In this document: piece by piece, positions 30,104 to 41,519 of the stretch | How positions within the stretch are numbered: the first letter of the stretch is position 1 | Layout of the letters: each line of letters opens with the position of its first letter | NCBI GenBank assembly: GCA_045586385.1 | Contig: JAZNAE010000005.1 | Coordinates: 10,685-74,684 of the forward strand | Source of the DNA: Lachnospiraceae bacterium | GTDB lineage: Bacteria > Bacillota > Clostridia > Lachnospirales > Lachnospiraceae | Direction of reading: 5' to 3' | Length of the DNA: 64,000 nt | The notes under the pieces: model-generated | What the model was told of the DNA's origin: nothing | The model's input: the letters and a program-made list of their open reading frames with translations, nothing else | The model's database searches: none | Position numbers and translations under genes: made by a program

Positions 30104-31255
30104 ATGAAAAGAGTTTTTTTAATTGTGCTTGATAGTGTGGGAATCGGAGCAATGAACGATGCGGATAAATTTGGTGATGAGGGAACCAATACCCTGCGCT
30201 CTGCATCAACAAGCTCCTATTTCCATATGCCGAATATGGAAAAGCTGGGATTGTTTCATATTGACGGAATTGATTTCAAGAAACCGGAGGAAAAACCGGT
30301 GGCTATGCATGCAAGAATGACAGAAGCTTCTAAAGGGAAAGATACGACCATAGGGCACTGGGAAATAGCCGGTCTTATATCAGAAGATCCGCTTCCTGTA
30401 TATCCTGACGGTTTCCCGGAAGAAGTGCTTGCTCCCTTTAAAGAAATGACAGGGAGAGGTGTTTTGTGTAATGCACCATATTCCGGTACGGAAGTGATTA
30501 AAGAATATGGGGACGAACATGTAAGGACAGGTGACCTTATTGTATATACGTCAGCGGACAGTGTATTTCAGATAGCGGCACACGAGGATGTAGTGCCTGT
30601 GGAAACTTTATATGAATATTGTGAAATGGCAAGAAAGATTCTGGTAGGCAAACACGGAGTGGGGAGAGTTATCGCCCGTCCTTTTGTAGGAGAGTCCGGA
30701 AACTATACCCGAACATCGAGAAGACATGATTTTTCTATTTTGCCGCCTAAGCAGACCATGCTAGATGTACTTTCAGATGCCGGTAAGGATGTAATCGGAG
30801 TGGGTAAAATCAGAGATATCTTTGCAGGAAAAGGGCTCACTTCTTATGTTTATACTTCCGGAAATACGGAAGGAATTGAAAAGATATTTGAATACCTAAG
30901 GCAAGACTTTGAAGGACTTTGTTTTGTCAATCTTGTAGATTTTGACATGCTTTACGGACACCGCAACGATATTGACGGATATGCGAAAGCACTTGCACAG
31001 TTCGATGCGGCACTTCCGGAAATTATGGCATCCATGAGAGATGAGGATGTACTTATGATTACTGCCGATCACGGCTGTGATCCAGGATATACATGCTCTA
31101 CGGATCACTCCAGAGAATACACTCCTTTTCTGATGTATGGAAAAAATATACCGCCCGTGAATAAAGGGACGCGAGAAACCTTTGCAGATATAGGGGCAAC
31201 TGTGTTAAAATACTTAGGTGTGTCCGGAGATATTGCCGGAACACCATTGTATTAA
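30104..31255 (+). CDS. deoB: Phosphopentomutase
   Basis: IVLDSVGIG, GKDT..GHWE, RVIARPF, DFD..YGHR, TADHG.DP. Confidence 0.96.
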   Translation: MKRVFLIVLDSVGIGAMNDADKFGDEGTNTLRSASTSSYFHMPNMEKLGLFHIDGIDFKKPEEKPVAMHARMTEASKGKDTTIGHWEIAGLISEDPLPVYPDGFPEEVLAPFKEMTGRGVLCNAPYSGTEVIKEYGDEHVRTGDLIVYTSADSVFQIAAHEDVVPVETLYEYCEMARKILVGKHGVGRVIARPFVGESGNYTRTSRRHDFSILPPKQTMLDVLSDAGKDVIGVGKIRDIFAGKGLTSYVYTSGNTEGIEKIFEYLRQDFEGLCFVNLVDFDMLYGHRNDIDGYAKALAQFDAALPEIMASMRDEDVLMITADHGCDPGYTCSTDHSREYTPFLMYGKNIPPVNKGTRETFADIGATVLKYLGVSGDIAGTPLY

Positions 31256-31290
31256 AATGATACAGGAATAATTTTTTGGAGGAAAGATAC

Positions 31291-32886
31291 GTGGGTAACT
31301 TGGAAAAGGAAATAAACAGAAGACGAACTTTCGCAATTATATCCCACCCGGATGCGGGAAAAACAACTTTAACGGAAAAGTTTTTATTATACGGAGGAGC
31401 CATTAATCTGGCAGGAAGTGTAAAAGGAAAGGCTACCGCCAGGCATGCGGTATCTGACTGGATGGAAATCGAAAAGGAGAGAGGTATTTCCGTCACTTCA
31501 TCCGTGCTACAGTTTGAGTACGACGGATTTTGCATTAATATTCTTGACACACCGGGACACCAGGATTTCTCGGAAGATACTTACAGAACATTAATGGCGG
31601 CAGACTCCGCGGTAATGGTAATTGATGCATCAAAGGGTGTAGAAGCACAGACAAGAAAGCTCTTTAAAGTTTGTGTCATGCGTAAAATCCCTATTTTCAC
31701 TTTTATCAACAAAATGGACAGAGATGCCAATGATACTTTTGAACTTTTAGATGAGATTGAGAAAGAATTGGGAATTGCCACCTGCCCCGTAAACTGGCCC
31801 ATTGGTTCCGGCAAGGGATTCAAAGGTGTATATGACAGAGATGAAAAGTGTGTCATTACATTTTCCGATACAGAGAAGGGAACCAAAGAAGGTGAAACAA
31901 GAATCATTCCCCTAAGTGATGAAACTGCTTTGGCTGATGCCATAGGAGAAGATGCTATGGGAACCTTGACGGATGAAATCGAACTTTTGGACGGTGCCAG
32001 TGCAGAATTTGATTTGGCACAGGTACAGGCAGGAGATTTAACCCCGGTATTTTTTGGCTCCGCACTTACAAACTTTGGTGTAGAGTTTTTCCTTCAGCAT
32101 TTTTTGGAAATGACAACAACACCCCTTCCCAGAAAGTCGGATGCAGGTTTAATTGCACCTGCAGAAAACGATTTTTCGGCATTTGTATTTAAGATTCAAG
32201 CGAATATGAATAAAGCCCACAGAGACAGAATTGCATTTATGCGTATCTGTTCCGGAAAATATGAAGCCAGCATGGAAGTAAAGCATGTACAGGGCGGAAA
32301 GGTTATGCGTCTTTCACAACCCCAGCAGATCATGGCAAGCGAGCGTAAGATATTGGAAGAGGCATATGCGGGAGATATTATCGGTGTATTTGATCCCGGT
32401 GTATTTTCTATCGGGGATACACTGTGTATGCCTAAGGAACAGTTTAAGTATGAAGGGATTCCCACCTTCGCACCTGAGCACTTTGCAAGGGTGAGACAGA
32501 TGGATACCATGAAGAGAAAGCAGTTTGTAAAGGGAATTACACAGATTGCACAGGAGGGTGCAATTCAGATTTTCCAGGAGTTTAATACCGGTATGGAAGA
32601 AATTATTGTAGGTGTGGTTGGTGTACTGCAGTTTGACGTTCTTAAATACCGACTGGAAAATGAATATAACGTGGAAATTAAATTGGAACCGCTTCCTTAT
32701 GAGCATATCCGCTGGATTGAAAATAAAGAAGAAATTGATTTAAATAAGTTGACAGGAACTTCAGATATGAAGAAAATAAAGGATTTAAAAGGCAACCCTC
32801 TTTTACTCTTTATTAATGCATGGAGTGTCGGAATGACACTGGATAGAAATGAAGGACTTGTACTTTCGGAATTTGGACGTGATTAA
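31291..32886 (+). CDS. prfC: Peptide chain release factor 3
   Basis: RRTFAIISHPDAGKTT, SDWME.EKERGIS, DTPGH.DFSEDTYR; GTG 31291 fits GGAGG better than the ORF-track TTG 31276. Confidence 0.96.
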   Translation: MGNLEKEINRRRTFAIISHPDAGKTTLTEKFLLYGGAINLAGSVKGKATARHAVSDWMEIEKERGISVTSSVLQFEYDGFCINILDTPGHQDFSEDTYRTLMAADSAVMVIDASKGVEAQTRKLFKVCVMRKIPIFTFINKMDRDANDTFELLDEIEKELGIATCPVNWPIGSGKGFKGVYDRDEKCVITFSDTEKGTKEGETRIIPLSDETALADAIGEDAMGTLTDEIELLDGASAEFDLAQVQAGDLTPVFFGSALTNFGVEFFLQHFLEMTTTPLPRKSDAGLIAPAENDFSAFVFKIQANMNKAHRDRIAFMRICSGKYEASMEVKHVQGGKVMRLSQPQQIMASERKILEEAYAGDIIGVFDPGVFSIGDTLCMPKEQFKYEGIPTFAPEHFARVRQMDTMKRKQFVKGITQIAQEGAIQIFQEFNTGMEEIIVGVVGVLQFDVLKYRLENEYNVEIKLEPLPYEHIRWIENKEEIDLNKLTGTSDMKKIKDLKGNPLLLFINAWSVGMTLDRNEGLVLSEFGRD

Positions 32887-34089
32887 ATGAATAAAATTTT
32901 ATTTATATTTATTCTGACTCTAACCTTTCTTCTTGGTGGCTGCGATATGCCTAAAACAGAAGATGAAGCTGAAAAACCGATTGTTTTGCAGCAGGAAGCT
33001 GAGGCCGCATCACCGGAGCAAGAACATTCCGGCTATCAGGATATATCGCAACAAAAGATAGAAAGTCTGAAGCAGAATCAGATTGGCTGCTTTTACTACG
33101 AAAAATTAAATGCAGAAGAAAAAACGCTTTATGCGGAGATCTTAAATATCCTGGAAAATCAGGAAGAAGGTATTTCGTTATCATGCCTTGATACGGACAA
33201 GATAGAAAAAGTATTTCAATATGTACTGAATGATCATCCGGAAATATTTTATGTGGACGGGTATACATTTACCAGATATACGCTTGGAGATGAAGTGAAG
33301 AAAATTACATTTTCCGGAACCTATCTGATGGATGAAACCCAAATTAAAGAATGCAACGTACAGATTGAAAGATACGTAAACACTTGTCTTTCCGGTATAT
33401 CGCCGTATATGGATGAATATGAAAAGGTAAAATATATTTACGAATATATTATCGGACACACAGAATATGATGCCGCCGCACCGGATAATCAAAATATTTG
33501 TTCCGTATTTGTTCACGGAAGGAGTGTATGTCAGGGATATGCCAAGGCTACACAATATCTTCTTACACGTGCGGGAGTGAATAGTACGCTGGTGATGGGA
33601 AGAGTTTCCGGCGGCGAAGGACATGCCTGGAATTTGGTAAATATCGCGAATCAAGACTATTTTGTTGATGCTACATGGGGAGATGCATCCTATCAGATGG
33701 TTGAAGGAAGTGAAGGAATGCAGCCCGGCACCATTCCTCCGATTAATTATGATTATCTGTGTGTGACGACCAAACAACTGGAGCAGACACATACCCTGGA
33801 CGACAAAGAGTTGATTCCCACATGTATTGCGGTAAGAGATAATTATTATGTCAGGGAAGGTTTATATTTTACGGAAGTGGATAAGGACCGGTTGGCGGGT
33901 CTTTTTGAAGAAGCATATGAAAACGGGAATACTTATGTGACACTTAAGTGTGCGACTTTAGAGATTTATGAGGACATGCTGAACTATTTAATTAAGGAGC
34001 AGGGAATTTTTGAATACTTAAAAACGGAGACGGGAGCAGTGTCCTATGCGGACAATAAAGCACAAAGAAGCTTAAGTTTTTGGCTGTAG
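32887..34089 (+). CDS. Transglutaminase-like (papain-fold Cys-His-Asp) lipoprotein
   Basis: Lipobox LGGC; VCQGYA, GHAWN, VD.TWGD triad intact. Confidence 0.8.
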   Translation: MNKILFIFILTLTFLLGGCDMPKTEDEAEKPIVLQQEAEAASPEQEHSGYQDISQQKIESLKQNQIGCFYYEKLNAEEKTLYAEILNILENQEEGISLSCLDTDKIEKVFQYVLNDHPEIFYVDGYTFTRYTLGDEVKKITFSGTYLMDETQIKECNVQIERYVNTCLSGISPYMDEYEKVKYIYEYIIGHTEYDAAAPDNQNICSVFVHGRSVCQGYAKATQYLLTRAGVNSTLVMGRVSGGEGHAWNLVNIANQDYFVDATWGDASYQMVEGSEGMQPGTIPPINYDYLCVTTKQLEQTHTLDDKELIPTCIAVRDNYYVREGLYFTEVDKDRLAGLFEEAYENGNTYVTLKCATLEIYEDMLNYLIKEQGIFEYLKTETGAVSYADNKAQRSLSFWL

Positions 34090-34194
34090 ATTATTCTTGA
34101 CAATTCTTTGTTTTAGACTATGCAAAAAGGTTAATTTTTGATATGATTTATTTGTGTATTCACAAACAGAAGAAACAAAAGGAAGGAAATTATC

Positions 34195-34572
34195 ATGGAA
34201 AAAACAATAGAACAAAACACATATGTATTACAGGAAGATGACGGCATCGGAACCGTTAAGATTGCAGATGATGTAGTTGCGATTATTGCAGGATTGGCAG
34301 CAACAGAAGTAAAAGGTGTTGTTTCCATGGCAGGTAATATCACAAACGAACTGATGAGCAAGATGGGTGTGAGAAAACTTTCCAAGGGCGTTAAAGTGGA
34401 AGTGATCGGTAAGAGTGTGAAGCTCGATCTGGCGTTGGTAGTAGAATATGGCTATAATATTCCTGCTGTTTCACAGAAAGTTCAGGAAAAGGTAAAAACA
34501 ACCATCGAAAATATGACCGGTCTTGAGACTACAGATGTTAATGTAAGAATTGCCGGCGTAGAAATGCCTTAA
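34195..34572 (+). CDS. Asp23/Gls24 family envelope stress protein
   Basis: [23 protein letters not shown]....VNV. Confidence 0.92.
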   Translation: MEKTIEQNTYVLQEDDGIGTVKIADDVVAIIAGLAATEVKGVVSMAGNITNELMSKMGVRKLSKGVKVEVIGKSVKLDLALVVEYGYNIPAVSQKVQEKVKTTIENMTGLETTDVNVRIAGVEMP

Positions 34573-34594
34573 TAACAGATACCAAGGAAAACGG

Positions 34595-34999
34595 ATGGAA
34601 CACATGAGTAGAAGAGAACTTAGAGAACAGATATTTAAACTGTTGTTTCGTATAGAATTTAATCAAAAAGACGAAATGCCTCAGCAGACGACCTTCTTTT
34701 TTGAAGAAGAAAATACTGCCGATGAAACGGAGGCAGCATATATTTCCGGAAAAGTTGATAAAATTGTAGAAAAACTTGAGGAAATTGATCAGGAATTAAA
34801 TGAAAAGGTAGAAGGATGGGATACCGGCAGAATGGGTAAAGTGGACTTAACCATTTTAAGATTGGCTGTTTATGAGATTTTATTCGATGAAACAATTCCC
34901 ACCGGAGTAGCCATTAATGAAGCAGTGGAGCTTGCGAAAAAATTCGGACAGGATTCCTCAAAGGCGTTCGTAAACGGAGTATTGGCTAAATTTGCTTAA
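34595..34999 (+). CDS. nusB: Transcription antitermination factor NusB
   Basis: [30 protein letters not shown]. Confidence 0.95.
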   Translation: MEHMSRRELREQIFKLLFRIEFNQKDEMPQQTTFFFEEENTADETEAAYISGKVDKIVEKLEEIDQELNEKVEGWDTGRMGKVDLTILRLAVYEILFDETIPTGVAINEAVELAKKFGQDSSKAFVNGVLAKFA

Positions 35000-35013
35000 G
35001 GCAGGAGTATGAC

Positions 35014-36243
35014 ATGAAGAATGTATATACAGTCGGCCAGATAAATTCATATATTAAAAATATGTTTACCCAGGATTTTTTGTTGCAGGACTTATCTGTA
35101 AAGGGAGAGGTCAGTAACTGTAAATATCATTCTTCCGGGCATATATATTTTACGTTGAAAGATATGAAAGGAACGATTTCCTGCGTGATGTTTGCAGGAA
35201 GTCGTTCCGGTCTTGCATTTCGGCTAATGGAAGGATTGCAGGTCATTGTGCGCGGAACGGTAGACGTTTATGAACGTGACGGCAAGTACCAATTATATGC
35301 AAAAGAAATAACGCAGGACGGAGCAGGCGCTCTTTATGAGAAATTCGAAAAGCTGAAAAGAGAATTAAAAGAACAGGGGATGTTTGATTCCTGTTACAAA
35401 AAGGAGATACCCTCTTACTGTAAAACTTTAGGCGTGGTAACGGCGCCTACCGGTGCTGCAGTAAGAGATATTATTAATATAGCAACCAGACGAAACCCGT
35501 ATATACAAATTATTATTTATCCTGCACTGGTACAGGGGGAAGGTGCACCACAGAGTATTGTAAACGGTATTCATGCACTGGAGCATATGGGAGTTGACGT
35601 TATGATTGTGGGCAGAGGCGGCGGTTCCATTGAAGACTTATGGGCCTTTAATGAAGAATGTGTTGCCCAGGCCGTATTTGATTGTAGTGTACCGGTTATC
35701 TCTGCAGTCGGACATGAAACAGATACTACCATTATTGATTATGTGGCTGATTTGCGGGCACCAACACCGTCTGCTGCAGCAGAACTTGCGGTTTTCGATG
35801 TAATGCTGACCCTTCAAAGTCTAAAGGAAACAGAATTCACCATGCAAAGAATTATGCGGGGGAAATTAGAATGGCAAAGAGCACGTTACAAAACCTATGA
35901 AGCAAAAATACGAATGAATTCTCCGATGGGAAAGATTCGCGAAAAAAAGACATGGCTGCTTAGACAGGAAGAAAAAGTGAATGATGCAATGAAGTCAAAA
36001 ATACTAAGAAGCCGTCATAGATTAGATATTTACATTGAAAAGATAAAAGGACTTTCTCCACTTGAAAAGCTGAATCAGGGCTTTTCCTATGTGTCAGATA
36101 AGAGTGGAATGGCAGTAAAGAGTATTCATCAGGTAGAAGAAGGAGATAACCTTCAGATTTTTGTTCGTGACGGCGTGATAGATGCACATGTCACGAACAA
36201 GGAAAAGTCAGAATGGATGAATGTGGAGGTAAAGCATGGCTGA
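35014..36243 (+). CDS. xseA: Exonuclease VII large subunit
   Basis: GE.SN...H.SGH.YF.LKD, VQG..A, RGGGS.EDLW.FN, SAVGHETD, APTPSAAAE. Confidence 0.96.
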   Translation: MKNVYTVGQINSYIKNMFTQDFLLQDLSVKGEVSNCKYHSSGHIYFTLKDMKGTISCVMFAGSRSGLAFRLMEGLQVIVRGTVDVYERDGKYQLYAKEITQDGAGALYEKFEKLKRELKEQGMFDSCYKKEIPSYCKTLGVVTAPTGAAVRDIINIATRRNPYIQIIIYPALVQGEGAPQSIVNGIHALEHMGVDVMIVGRGGGSIEDLWAFNEECVAQAVFDCSVPVISAVGHETDTTIIDYVADLRAPTPSAAAELAVFDVMLTLQSLKETEFTMQRIMRGKLEWQRARYKTYEAKIRMNSPMGKIREKKTWLLRQEEKVNDAMKSKILRSRHRLDIYIEKIKGLSPLEKLNQGFSYVSDKSGMAVKSIHQVEEGDNLQIFVRDGVIDAHVTNKEKSEWMNVEVKHG

Positions 36244-36451
36244 AAAGAAAAGTGATTTTAGTCTGGAAGAAGCATTCTCCATGTTAGATAAGACAGTGGA
36301 GAATCTTGAAAGAGAAGATATTACATTGGAAGAATCTTTTGCAGAGTATCAAAAAGGTGTAGAGTTATTGAAATTGTGTAATGATGCAATTGACCGTGTA
36401 GAGAAAAAAGTACTTGTGTTGAACGAAAAGGGTGAACTAAATGAGTTTTAA
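36236..36451 (+). CDS. xseB: Exonuclease VII small subunit
   Basis: SLEEAF..L...V..LE...I.LEES...Y.KG. Confidence 0.93.
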   Translation: MAEKKSDFSLEEAFSMLDKTVENLEREDITLEESFAEYQKGVELLKLCNDAIDRVEKKVLVLNEKGELNEF

Positions 36452-37358
36452 AGAAGAGTTGCAAGGTAGAGTAAATCATATAGAAGAGATTCTTGCCATG
36501 TATTTGCCGGAAGAGACCGGGTATCAGAAAACAGTTTTTGAAGCAATGAACTACAGCGTCACAGCAGGAGGTAAAAGGCTTCGGCCCATGCTGATGGAAG
36601 AATGCTATAAACTTTTCGGCGGTCAAGGCGATATTGTAAAACCTTTTATGGCAGCACTGGAGATGATTCACAATTATTCGCTTGTACATGATGATCTGCC
36701 GGCAATGGATAACGATGAATATCGGAGAGGCCGGAAAACCACATGGACTGTCTATGGTGACGGGATGGCAGTGCTTGCAGGTGACGGACTTTTGAATTTG
36801 GCCTATGAAACGGCAGCAAAGGCATTTGATATGGCCGAGGATATCCGGGATTATAAATGTGTAGCAAATGCAATGCAGATTTTAGGTAAGAAGTCAGGTG
36901 TATACGGAATGATTGGTGGGCAGACTGCCGACATTGAAGCGGAGGAAGGAAAAAGTCCGCTTACGGAAGAATTGCTTTTGTTTATTCACGAAAATAAAAC
37001 GGCAGCCTTAATCCAGGCAGCTATGATGATTGGTGCCACCCTTGCAGGTGCAGATATAGATGATGTGATGCGTATGGAGCGTGTGGCTTATAATATCGGT
37101 ATCGCTTTTCAGATTCAGGATGATATTCTTGATGTGACAAGCACCACGGAAGTACTTGGGAAACCGGTGGGAAGTGATGAAAAGAATCACAAGCTTACTT
37201 ATGTGACATTAAAAGGACTTGATGCTTCGAGATGTGAAGTGGAAAGACTATCAAGGGAAGCAATGGAGATTCTTGCCGATTTGCAGAAGAAGGAAGGAAA
37301 TACTTCCGGTGCATTTTTGATAGAATTGGTGGAATCATTAATAACAAGAGAAAAATAG
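36441..37358 (+). CDS. ispA: Farnesyl/geranylgeranyl diphosphate synthase
   Basis: GGKRLRP, HNYSLVHDDLPAMDND..RRG, FQIQDD.LD. Confidence 0.93.
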   Translation: MSFKEELQGRVNHIEEILAMYLPEETGYQKTVFEAMNYSVTAGGKRLRPMLMEECYKLFGGQGDIVKPFMAALEMIHNYSLVHDDLPAMDNDEYRRGRKTTWTVYGDGMAVLAGDGLLNLAYETAAKAFDMAEDIRDYKCVANAMQILGKKSGVYGMIGGQTADIEAEEGKSPLTEELLLFIHENKTAALIQAAMMIGATLAGADIDDVMRMERVAYNIGIAFQIQDDILDVTSTTEVLGKPVGSDEKNHKLTYVTLKGLDASRCEVERLSREAMEILADLQKKEGNTSGAFLIELVESLITREK

Positions 37359-37387
37359 GGGATTTTTAAGAAAAGAAGGATACAGAT

Positions 37388-39256
37388 ATGCTACTTGACA
37401 ATATCAAAAAGGAAAATGATATCAAAAATATAAAACCTGATCTTTATCCGCAGCTTGCAGAGGAAATCAGGCAGTTTTTGATTGAAAAAATATCTAAAAC
37501 AGGAGGACATTTAGGTTCCAATCTGGGAGCAGTGGAGCTTACCATGGCACTCCATTTGGCATTCAGGCTTCCGGAAGATAAAATTATTTGGGATGTGGGG
37601 CACCAGTCTTATACGCATAAGTTATTGACCGGACGAAGAGATGGATTTGAAAATCTGCGAAAATACCATGGTATGAGCGGATTCCCCAAAAGAAAAGAAA
37701 GTGATTGTGACTGTTTTGATACGGGACACAGTTCCACATCTATCTCCGCAGGACTTGGTCTTGTAAAAGCAAGGGATATTCAGGAACAGAATCACAGTGT
37801 TATTTCTGTTATCGGCGACGGTTCCCTAACCGGTGGCATGGCATATGAGGCACTGAATAATGCAGCCAAATTAGAGACTAATTTCATTATTGTTTTAAAT
37901 GATAATAATATGTCTATTTCCGAAAATGTAGGTGGTGTATCCAAGTATCTGAATAATATCCGAACAGCAGATACTTATCTTGATATCAAAGAAGGCATTT
38001 ATAACACGCTGATGGATATTCCCAAGTATGGTGGTAAAGTGATACGGGGAATCCGTAATGCGAAGAGCAGTTTTAAGCATCTGATTGTTCCCGGCATGTT
38101 TTTCGAGGACATGGGAATTACTTATTTGGGACCTGTTGACGGGCATGATATTCCCGCAATGCTTCGCATGTTCCAGGAAGCAAAGCGCGTGAGAAATGCA
38201 GTGCTTGTCCATGTCATTACACAGAAAGGAAAGGGGTATGCACCGGCTGAACGCCATCCGGCAAGATTCCATGGTGCTGAGCCTTTTGACATAGAAACAG
38301 GTATTCCTTCCAAGCCCAGAAATGTGGCTAATTATACCGATATTTTCTCGACGGTAATGACCAAACTCGGAGCAAGGGATGAAAAGGTGGTTGCCATTAC
38401 TGCAGCCATGCCGGACGGGACAGGACTTAAGAGATTTAGAAATATGTATCCCGACAGATTTTTTGATGTGGGAATTGCTGAAGAACATGCGGTGACTTTC
38501 GCGGCAGGTCTTGCTGCCGGAGGCTTAAAACCTGTAGTTGCAATCTATTCTTCTTTCCTGCAAAGAGCATACGATCAGATTATTCATGACGTATGTATCC
38601 AGAATCTGCCCGTTGTGTTTGCAATTGACAGGGCTGGTCTCGTGGGAAGTGATGGTGAGACACATCAGGGTATCTTTGATTTATCTTATTTATCATCCAT
38701 ACCCAATATGCATGTGATGGCACCTAAGAATAAATGGGAACTTTCCGATATGCTTAAATTTGCACTTGGGCTTAATGCCCCTGTTGCCATCCGCTATCCT
38801 AGAGGAGAAGCATATGCGGGACTTGAAGAATTCAGAGCACCCATCGAACTTGGGAAAGCGGAAGCCATTTATGCAGAGGGTGAAATCTGTCTTCTTGCGA
38901 TAGGCAGTATGGTGAAAGAAGCAGAAGCAGTAAGAGAAAGTTTAAAAGAAGCAGGATATAAATGTAGTTTAATTAACAGCCGTTTTGTAAAACCTATCGA
39001 TGAAGATGCCGTATACTGGGCAGCGAAGAATCATAAGCTTGTGGTTACCATGGAAGAAAATGTTGCCAGCGGTGGCTACGGTGAAAAAGTCAGAGAATAT
39101 ATGGATACTCTTGATTTTGACGTTAAATTGTTGAATATTACGATTCCCGATGAATATGTAGAGCACGGAAACGTAGACCTCTTAAAGCAGGAAATCGGAA
39201 TTGACGAAGAAAGCATTGTAAGCCGTATTATAACAGCGATGGAAGCAATGAAATAA
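37388..39256 (+). CDS. dxs: 1-deoxy-D-xylulose-5-phosphate synthase
   Basis: GGHLGSNLG, WDVGHQ, GDG.LTGGMA.EALNN, DVGIAEEHA. Confidence 0.97.
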   Translation: MLLDNIKKENDIKNIKPDLYPQLAEEIRQFLIEKISKTGGHLGSNLGAVELTMALHLAFRLPEDKIIWDVGHQSYTHKLLTGRRDGFENLRKYHGMSGFPKRKESDCDCFDTGHSSTSISAGLGLVKARDIQEQNHSVISVIGDGSLTGGMAYEALNNAAKLETNFIIVLNDNNMSISENVGGVSKYLNNIRTADTYLDIKEGIYNTLMDIPKYGGKVIRGIRNAKSSFKHLIVPGMFFEDMGITYLGPVDGHDIPAMLRMFQEAKRVRNAVLVHVITQKGKGYAPAERHPARFHGAEPFDIETGIPSKPRNVANYTDIFSTVMTKLGARDEKVVAITAAMPDGTGLKRFRNMYPDRFFDVGIAEEHAVTFAAGLAAGGLKPVVAIYSSFLQRAYDQIIHDVCIQNLPVVFAIDRAGLVGSDGETHQGIFDLSYLSSIPNMHVMAPKNKWELSDMLKFALGLNAPVAIRYPRGEAYAGLEEFRAPIELGKAEAIYAEGEICLLAIGSMVKEAEAVRESLKEAGYKCSLINSRFVKPIDEDAVYWAAKNHKLVVTMEENVASGGYGEKVREYMDTLDFDVKLLNITIPDEYVEHGNVDLLKQEIGIDEESIVSRIITAMEAMK

Positions 39257-39273
39257 ATGAAAGCGACAAAATA

Positions 39274-40158
39274 ATGAAGGAACGTTTAGATGTTATTTTA
39301 GTACAAGAGGGGTATGCAGCCTCCCGCGAAAAAGCCAAAGCGATTATTATGTCCGGCAATGTGTTCGTGGATGGGCAGCGTGAAGATAAAGCAGGAACCA
39401 CCTTTGATCTTACCAAGATTAAATTGGAAGTCAGGGGAAGCACATTGCCTTATGTGAGCAGAGGCGGGCTCAAACTGGAAAAGGCAATGAAGCACTTTGA
39501 TTTAAGCCTTTCGGAAAAAGTGTGTATGGATATCGGAGCTTCCACAGGAGGGTTTACCGATTGCATGCTTCAAAACGGGGCAAAGAAGGTGTATTCCGTA
39601 GATGTAGGACATGGTCAGCTTGATTGGAAATTAAGGTGTGATGAGCGCGTGGTCTGCATGGAAAAAACAAATTTCCGTTATATGGTGCCGGGAGATATTG
39701 AAGATGTCCTTGATTTTGCATCTGTGGACGTGTCTTTTATTTCACTTACCAAGATACTCATTCCGGCAAGGGCACTTCTTCGGGCAGGCGGTGAAATGGT
39801 ATGCCTTATTAAACCGCAGTTCGAAGCCGGGAAAGATAAGGTTGGCAAAAAAGGTGTCGTGAGAGAACCGGAGATTCATGAGGAAGTGATCCGAAAGGTC
39901 ATTGATTTTGCCGATTATATCGGATTTGATATTTTACATTTAGACTTTTCACCGATTAAAGGGCCGGAAGGTAATATTGAATATCTAGTACATCTTTTCA
40001 AAAACGAAGAAAAGACATTACCTACCGCAGAAATAACGGAAAGTGCGGCCGAGGAAGAATTAAAACTGGTTACAGAAAATAAAAGCGGCTATTCAAATAA
40101 CACAGAAATGAAGAAAATAATCGAAGAAACAGTAAACATGGCACATCAGCATTTGTAA
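39274..40158 (+). CDS. tlyA: TlyA family rRNA methyltransferase
   Basis: S4 domain, YVSRGGLKL, DIGASTGGFTD, DVSFISL, LIKPQFE. Confidence 0.95.
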   Translation: MKERLDVILVQEGYAASREKAKAIIMSGNVFVDGQREDKAGTTFDLTKIKLEVRGSTLPYVSRGGLKLEKAMKHFDLSLSEKVCMDIGASTGGFTDCMLQNGAKKVYSVDVGHGQLDWKLRCDERVVCMEKTNFRYMVPGDIEDVLDFASVDVSFISLTKILIPARALLRAGGEMVCLIKPQFEAGKDKVGKKGVVREPEIHEEVIRKVIDFADYIGFDILHLDFSPIKGPEGNIEYLVHLFKNEEKTLPTAEITESAAEEELKLVTENKSGYSNNTEMKKIIEETVNMAHQHL

Positions 40159-40180
40159 GCGAAAGGCACGGGTAATAGCA

Positions 40181-41014
40181 GTGGAGCATTTTTATATTAT
40201 TACCAATCAGACAAAGGATCCGCAGTTTAAAGTAACGAACCAAATTAAAGATTATCTTACAAACAGAGGGATAAAATGTACGCTCTCAAAGGAAGAACAT
40301 GTTGATATCAATTGTGTGCCACAGGATAGCGATATCGTGATTGTTCTTGGCGGAGACGGAACACTCCTTCGGGCAGCGAATGATTTGGCAGGAAAGAATG
40401 TCCCCTTTTTAGGAATTAATTTGGGGAATTTGGGATTTTTGGCAGAAGTAAATAAGGATGATATTGAAAATGCACTTTCCAAATTGCTGGAAGGAAATTA
40501 TGAAATTGAAAAGCGTATGATGCTGGCCGGGCATAGTTATGAGGGAGTAATTGAGAAGGACTGTACCAGAGCGTTAAATGATATTGTTATTACGCGTAAA
40601 GGTTCCCTTCAGATTATTAAGTTCAGCATCAGTGTAAACGGACAATTTTTACATAGGTATCAGGCGGACGGTATGATTGTGGCAACACCTACAGGTTCAA
40701 CCGGATACAATCTTTCGGCAGGCGGCCCTATAGTGGACCCGAAAGCGGAGATGATAGTAATAACACCGGTATGTCCGCATTCTATGCAGAATCGCAGCAT
40801 TGTACTTTCTCCGGACGATGAAATAACGATTGAGGTGGAGGCAAGCCATAAAGGAGAAAGGCAGGAAGTAGAAGCAATTTTTGATGGTAATCACAAGGTG
40901 ACTTTATGTACCGGAGATAGGATCATCATCAGACGTTCCGAAAAGACAACAGGAATCGTGAAGTTAAATAGAGTAAGCTTTTTAGAGAGACTACAGGAAA
41001 AGATGTGTGATTAG
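40181..41014 (+). CDS. nadK: NAD kinase
   Basis: GGDGT.L, G.LGFL, ND, TPTGSTGY.LSAGGP; GTG start. Confidence 0.95.
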   Translation: MEHFYIITNQTKDPQFKVTNQIKDYLTNRGIKCTLSKEEHVDINCVPQDSDIVIVLGGDGTLLRAANDLAGKNVPFLGINLGNLGFLAEVNKDDIENALSKLLEGNYEIEKRMMLAGHSYEGVIEKDCTRALNDIVITRKGSLQIIKFSISVNGQFLHRYQADGMIVATPTGSTGYNLSAGGPIVDPKAEMIVITPVCPHSMQNRSIVLSPDDEITIEVEASHKGERQEVEAIFDGNHKVTLCTGDRIIIRRSEKTTGIVKLNRVSFLERLQEKMCD

Positions 41015-41039
41015 TAAGTACAGGAAAGGTATTTAGCAC

Positions 41040-41492
41040 ATGAAAAAGAGCAGACACCGTAAAATAAAAGAATTAGTAGAACAGTTCGAAATCGAAACCC
41101 AGGAAGAATTAGCCGATATGCTTCGTGAAAGCGGATATGCCGTGACCCAGGCAACGGTCTCCAGAGATATCCGGGAATTAAAACTTTCCAAAGTACCGAT
41201 GGGTGATGGTAGACAGAAATATACCATTCTGATTCACAGTGATCATTATCTAAGTGATAAATATATCCGTGTACTTCGCGACGGATTTGTTTCCATGGAT
41301 ATGGCACAGAATATTCTTGTGATTAAGACGGTTGCAGGAATGGCAATGGCAGTTGCTGCGGCTGTAGATGCCATGAAACTGAAAGAAATTGTAGGTTCTA
41401 TTGCAGGTGACGATACGATTATGGTGGCAGTCCGGACAGTGGAAGATACGAAATGTGTTATGGATACGATACGTGGTGTACTGGAGGAATAG
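41040..41492 (+). CDS. argR: Arginine repressor
   Basis: TQEEL, VTQATVSRDI.EL, G.IAGDDT. Confidence 0.96.
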   Translation: MKKSRHRKIKELVEQFEIETQEELADMLRESGYAVTQATVSRDIRELKLSKVPMGDGRQKYTILIHSDHYLSDKYIRVLRDGFVSMDMAQNILVIKTVAGMAMAVAAAVDAMKLKEIVGSIAGDDTIMVAVRTVEDTKCVMDTIRGVLEE

Positions 41493-41519
41493 CCGACATT
41501 ACACAGGAGGATACGAAAA

